NCBI GenBank assembly: GCA_963665125.2
Contig: CAXXUK010000001.1
Location: 2,528,001 to 2,592,000 of the forward strand
Source: an uncultured Desulfarculus sp.
Lineage (GTDB): Bacteria; Desulfobacterota; Desulfarculia; Desulfarculales; Desulfarculaceae
DNA length: 64,000 bases
Direction: 5' to 3'
Positions 61,108 through 64,000 of the stretch are shown here, in pieces. The number at the start of each line of letters is the position of its first letter. The first letter of the stretch is position 1. The position numbers and the translations under genes were made by a program. The notes under the pieces were generated by a model. It made no database searches. It was not told where the DNA came from and saw nothing but the letters and a program-made list of their open reading frames with translations.

Positions 61108-62409
61108 TTAGATCAAATGCAGGTCTTCAGCCTCTCGCATCAGGCCGTCGCGGAAGTCCGGATGGGCCAATCCGATGATGGCCTTGGCCCGTTCCTCCAC
61201 CGACTTGCCCTTGAGGTCCACCGCGCCGTATTCGGTGGCCAGCCAATGGGTGTCCATGCGAGATGTCGTCACCGGCGTGCCGTGATCCAGTTCGGCCACC
61301 ACCCGGCTGACCTTGCCGCCCTTGGCCGTTGACCGGAAGGCAAGGATTGACTTGCCCTCGGGCGCGTCATAGGCCCCGCGTACGTAATCGAGTTGGCCGC
61401 CCGCTCCGCTGAACTGGTGCCCGGCCAGGTATTCACTGTTGCACTGGCCGGTCAGGTCCACCTGAATGATCGAATTTACGCTGGTCATCCGCCGGTTCTT
61501 GGCAATCACCGAAGGGTGATTGGTAAATGAAACCGGATAGGAGACCATGGACGGATTGTCGTTCATGAAATCCAGCATGGCTTGGTCGCCCTGGGCCACC
61601 GTGTACACATGTTTGTGGGGCAACAGGGTCTTTTTGGCCCCGGTGACGACGCCTTTTTTAATCAGCTCGACCATGCCCGGCCCGAATACCTCGGTATGAA
61701 TGCCCAGGTTCTTGTGCCCGGTGAGCTTGGAAGCCACGGCGTCGGGCAGCACGCCCACGCCCAGTTGCAGGGTGGCCTCGTCGGGTATCAGTTCGGCGAT
61801 GACCTCGGCTATCTTTTCATCCTCCGGCTTGGATGCCGACACGGGCATGGGCGGTATGGGCTGGTGGTGCTCCACCACCATGTCCACCTCGGATATATGC
61901 ATCTGGGAGTCGCCGAAGACCCTGGGCATGTGGCGGTTTACTTCCAGGATCACCACCCTGGCCTTGCGGGCGGCCGTGGTGGAGTAGTCGTTGGACGAAC
62001 CGAAGCTGAAAAAACCGGCCTTGTCCATGGGCGCCACGGTGGTCACGAACAGGTCAAGGTCAAGGTAATCCTGGATCAGCCTGGGCACTTGGTGCAAATG
62101 GTTCGGCACGAACGAGTTGAGGCCCACGCCCACCAATCCCCTGTCTCCGGCCCCCACGAACCAGGTGTAGCCCCTCACGCAGTCGCAGAGAAACGGATCC
62201 AGGACAGTGGAGCCGGCCGTGGCCAGAGGCAGCAGCGAGTGCACCTCGAGGTCGTGCAGGTCCCCGCCGCGCAGCCGGTCGGCCAGGGCGCCCAGCAGGG
62301 CCGGAGGTTCGGCCAGGGTCAGGCCGTGGGTCATCACCCAACCGTCCCGTACTACTTGGACGGCCTCTTGGGGCGTTCTGAGCTTTTGGTTATATTCTTT
62401 TTGGAACAT
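61108..62409 (-). CDS. Acetyl-CoA hydrolase/CoA-transferase (4-hydroxybutyrate CoA-transferase-like)
   Basis: PMDKAGFFSFG, TLQLGVG, LGIHTE, SGAGGQLDYVRGA, TEYG.VDLKGK. Confidence 0.88.
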   Translation of the reverse strand: MFQKEYNQKLRTPQEAVQVVRDGWVMTHGLTLAEPPALLGALADRLRGGDLHDLEVHSLLPLATAGSTVLDPFLCDCVRGYTWFVGAGDRGLVGVGLNSFVPNHLHQVPRLIQDYLDLDLFVTTVAPMDKAGFFSFGSSNDYSTTAARKARVVILEVNRHMPRVFGDSQMHISEVDMVVEHHQPIPPMPVSASKPEDEKIAEVIAELIPDEATLQLGVGVLPDAVASKLTGHKNLGIHTEVFGPGMVELIKKGVVTGAKKTLLPHKHVYTVAQGDQAMLDFMNDNPSMVSYPVSFTNHPSVIAKNRRMTSVNSIIQVDLTGQCNSEYLAGHQFSGAGGQLDYVRGAYDAPEGKSILAFRSTAKGGKVSRVVAELDHGTPVTTSRMDTHWLATEYGAVDLKGKSVEERAKAIIGLAHPDFRDGLMREAEDLHLI

Positions 62410-62591
62410 CTGGCTGGCTCCATCCCAATGAGATCAACTGCGCTGTTTATGCCGGTAGAGCCCATTTTGCCAAAAAACTCTCCGGGAAAAACCATTTTTT
62501 TCAGTCCGCCCCCCGCCCGCCGACTTGACCAACGCGGGCAGCCGGGTTAGTTTTCGCTGTGTTCCCGAAAATTTGCCGGAGAATCCCGCTA

Positions 62592-63191
62592 ATGGCCCGC
62601 ATGCTGATGATCGACAACTATGACTCTTTTACTTTTAACCTGGTCCAGCTTTTTCTGGACTTCGGGCTGGACATCGCCGTGCACCGCAGCGATGAAATCA
62701 GCCTGGACCGGATAACCCAGGCGGCCCCGGATTACATCGTCATCAGCCCCGGGCCCAAGGATCCGGCCCACGCGGGCATAAGCATCGACGTGGTGCGGCG
62801 CTTTCACAAGACCATCCCCATGCTGGGCGTTTGCCTGGGCATGCAGTGCATCAACGAGGCATTCGGCGGGCGCACTTTGCGGGCTCCCCTGCCGGTCCAC
62901 GGCAAGACCAGCCGCATCCATCACCAAGGCCGGGGCATCTTCGCCGGTTTGCCCTCACCGTTTGCCGTGGCCCGTTACCACAGCCTGATGACCGAACCGG
63001 CCAGCGACCTGTTGGAGGTCACGGCCCAAAGCGCCGACGGTGTGATCATGGGCCTGCAACACACCAGCGCCCCCCTGTACGGCGTGCAGTTCCATCCGGA
63101 GAGCTTCCTCACCGAACACGGCCCGGCCATGGCCGCCAACTTCCTGGCCCTTGGCCCGATCAAAGCCCGAACGGAGGCCGAAAATGCCTGA
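62592..63191 (+). CDS. pabA: Glutamine amidotransferase of ADC/anthranilate synthase (component II)
   Basis: IDNYDSFTFNL, ISPGP, GVCLGMQ, RYHSL, VQFHPES. Confidence 0.82.
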   Translation: MARMLMIDNYDSFTFNLVQLFLDFGLDIAVHRSDEISLDRITQAAPDYIVISPGPKDPAHAGISIDVVRRFHKTIPMLGVCLGMQCINEAFGGRTLRAPLPVHGKTSRIHHQGRGIFAGLPSPFAVARYHSLMTEPASDLLEVTAQSADGVIMGLQHTSAPLYGVQFHPESFLTEHGPAMAANFLALGPIKARTEAENA

Positions 63192-64000
63192 CACCGTGCT
63201 CAATCTGGCCGGAGCCATCCGGGGCGTGGATATCCAGCCCCTGGAGCTGAACCAGCCCTTTGAAGACCTGGCCGCCCGTTTCGCGGCCCAGAGGGGCACG
63301 GTGGTTTTGATGAGCGGCGGCGATCTGGACTGCGCCCGCTATCATATCCTGGGCGTGGCCCCCTGGCTGGAGCTGTGGGGCCGGGCCGATGATATGAACC
63401 TGCGCATCGACGGCAAGGAATATCAGCTAAAGGCCGAGCCCTTTGCTCTGCTGCGCTCGGCGCTCGGTCGATTCGCCTTGGACGACACGAGCGCCCTGCC
63501 CATCAGCAGCGGCCTGCTGGGCTATCTAGCCTATGACCTCAAGGACCGCCTGGAGCGGCTGCCCCGCACGTCCATCGACGACCTGGGCCTGCCGCATTTG
63601 TATTTCGCCGCGCCGTCGGTTTTAGTGATCCACGACCGGCAGACCGGGGCCGCCAGCCTGTGCATCCCCCAGCGGGAAAAGGCCGCCAGCGCGGGCGTGT
63701 TGGATGATTTCCTGCGGGCCCTGGCCGATCCGCCGCCCCGGCCGGGCGGCTACGCGGGCGACAGCGGCGGATTCGTCTCCAACTATGAACACGAGCCCTA
63801 CCTGGACGCCGTGCGGCGGATCATCGAATACATCGCCGCGGGCGACATCTACCAGGCCAACATGAGCCAGCGCTTCGAGGTGGGCTTCAGCGGCGACACC
63901 TTCAGCCTGTTCCGGGACCTTTTCGCGGCCAATCCGGCGCCGTTTTTCGCCTATGTCAACGCGGGCGACCACCAGCTTGTCAGCACTTCGCCTGAGCGGT
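63184..64000 (+). CDS. pabB: Aminodeoxychorismate/anthranilate synthase component I, 3' end runs off the window
   Basis: Manual translation from ATG 63184: GLLGYLAYDLKDRLE, YIAAGDIYQANMSQRF, PAPFFAY, STSPER. Confidence 0.78.
   Translation, partial: MPDTVLNLAGAIRGVDIQPLELNQPFEDLAARFAAQRGTVVLMSGGDLDCARYHILGVAPWLELWGRADDMNLRIDGKEYQLKAEPFALLRSALGRFALDDTSALPISSGLLGYLAYDLKDRLERLPRTSIDDLGLPHLYFAAPSVLVIHDRQTGAASLCIPQREKAASAGVLDDFLRALADPPPRPGGYAGDSGGFVSNYEHEPYLDAVRRIIEYIAAGDIYQANMSQRFEVGFSGDTFSLFRDLFAANPAPFFAYVNAGDHQLVSTSPER

Noticed and set aside
58798..61332. 844-aa plus-strand ORF
   Set aside because: Antisense shadow spanning the MFS, gdh and CoA-transferase genes

Overview
A GC-rich, gene-dense core-genome segment, mostly on the minus strand. 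Gene order and content (ftsH-folP-cdaA-cdaR-glmM, psd-pssA-leuA, ispE-spoVG-tRNA-Gln-prs-rplY-pth, carD, membrane pyrophosphatase) suggest an anaerobic deltaproteobacterium (Desulfobacterota); this is inference only. It carries about 68 CDS covering peptidoglycan recycling, c-di-AMP synthesis, translation, isoprenoid and phospholipid synthesis, rho, serine synthesis, envelope glycosyltransferases and pabA/pabB, plus one tRNA-Gln(UUG). I found no rRNA, CRISPR array, transposase, integrase or phage genes. The least-explained signals are: (1) a ~300-bp cassette of five palindromes with two inverted, related terminal modules at 13021-13320; (2) a long, switch-like leader upstream of the serC-like/serA operon; (3) a MOSC / Cys-rich / Nudix / AmrA operon; (4) a MarR plus Fe-S gene pair with a perfect 15-bp operator; (5) an orphan BioB-like radical SAM gene; (6) structured leaders on rpmE and a porin-like gene. 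All product calls come from motif recognition by eye; no database searches were run.
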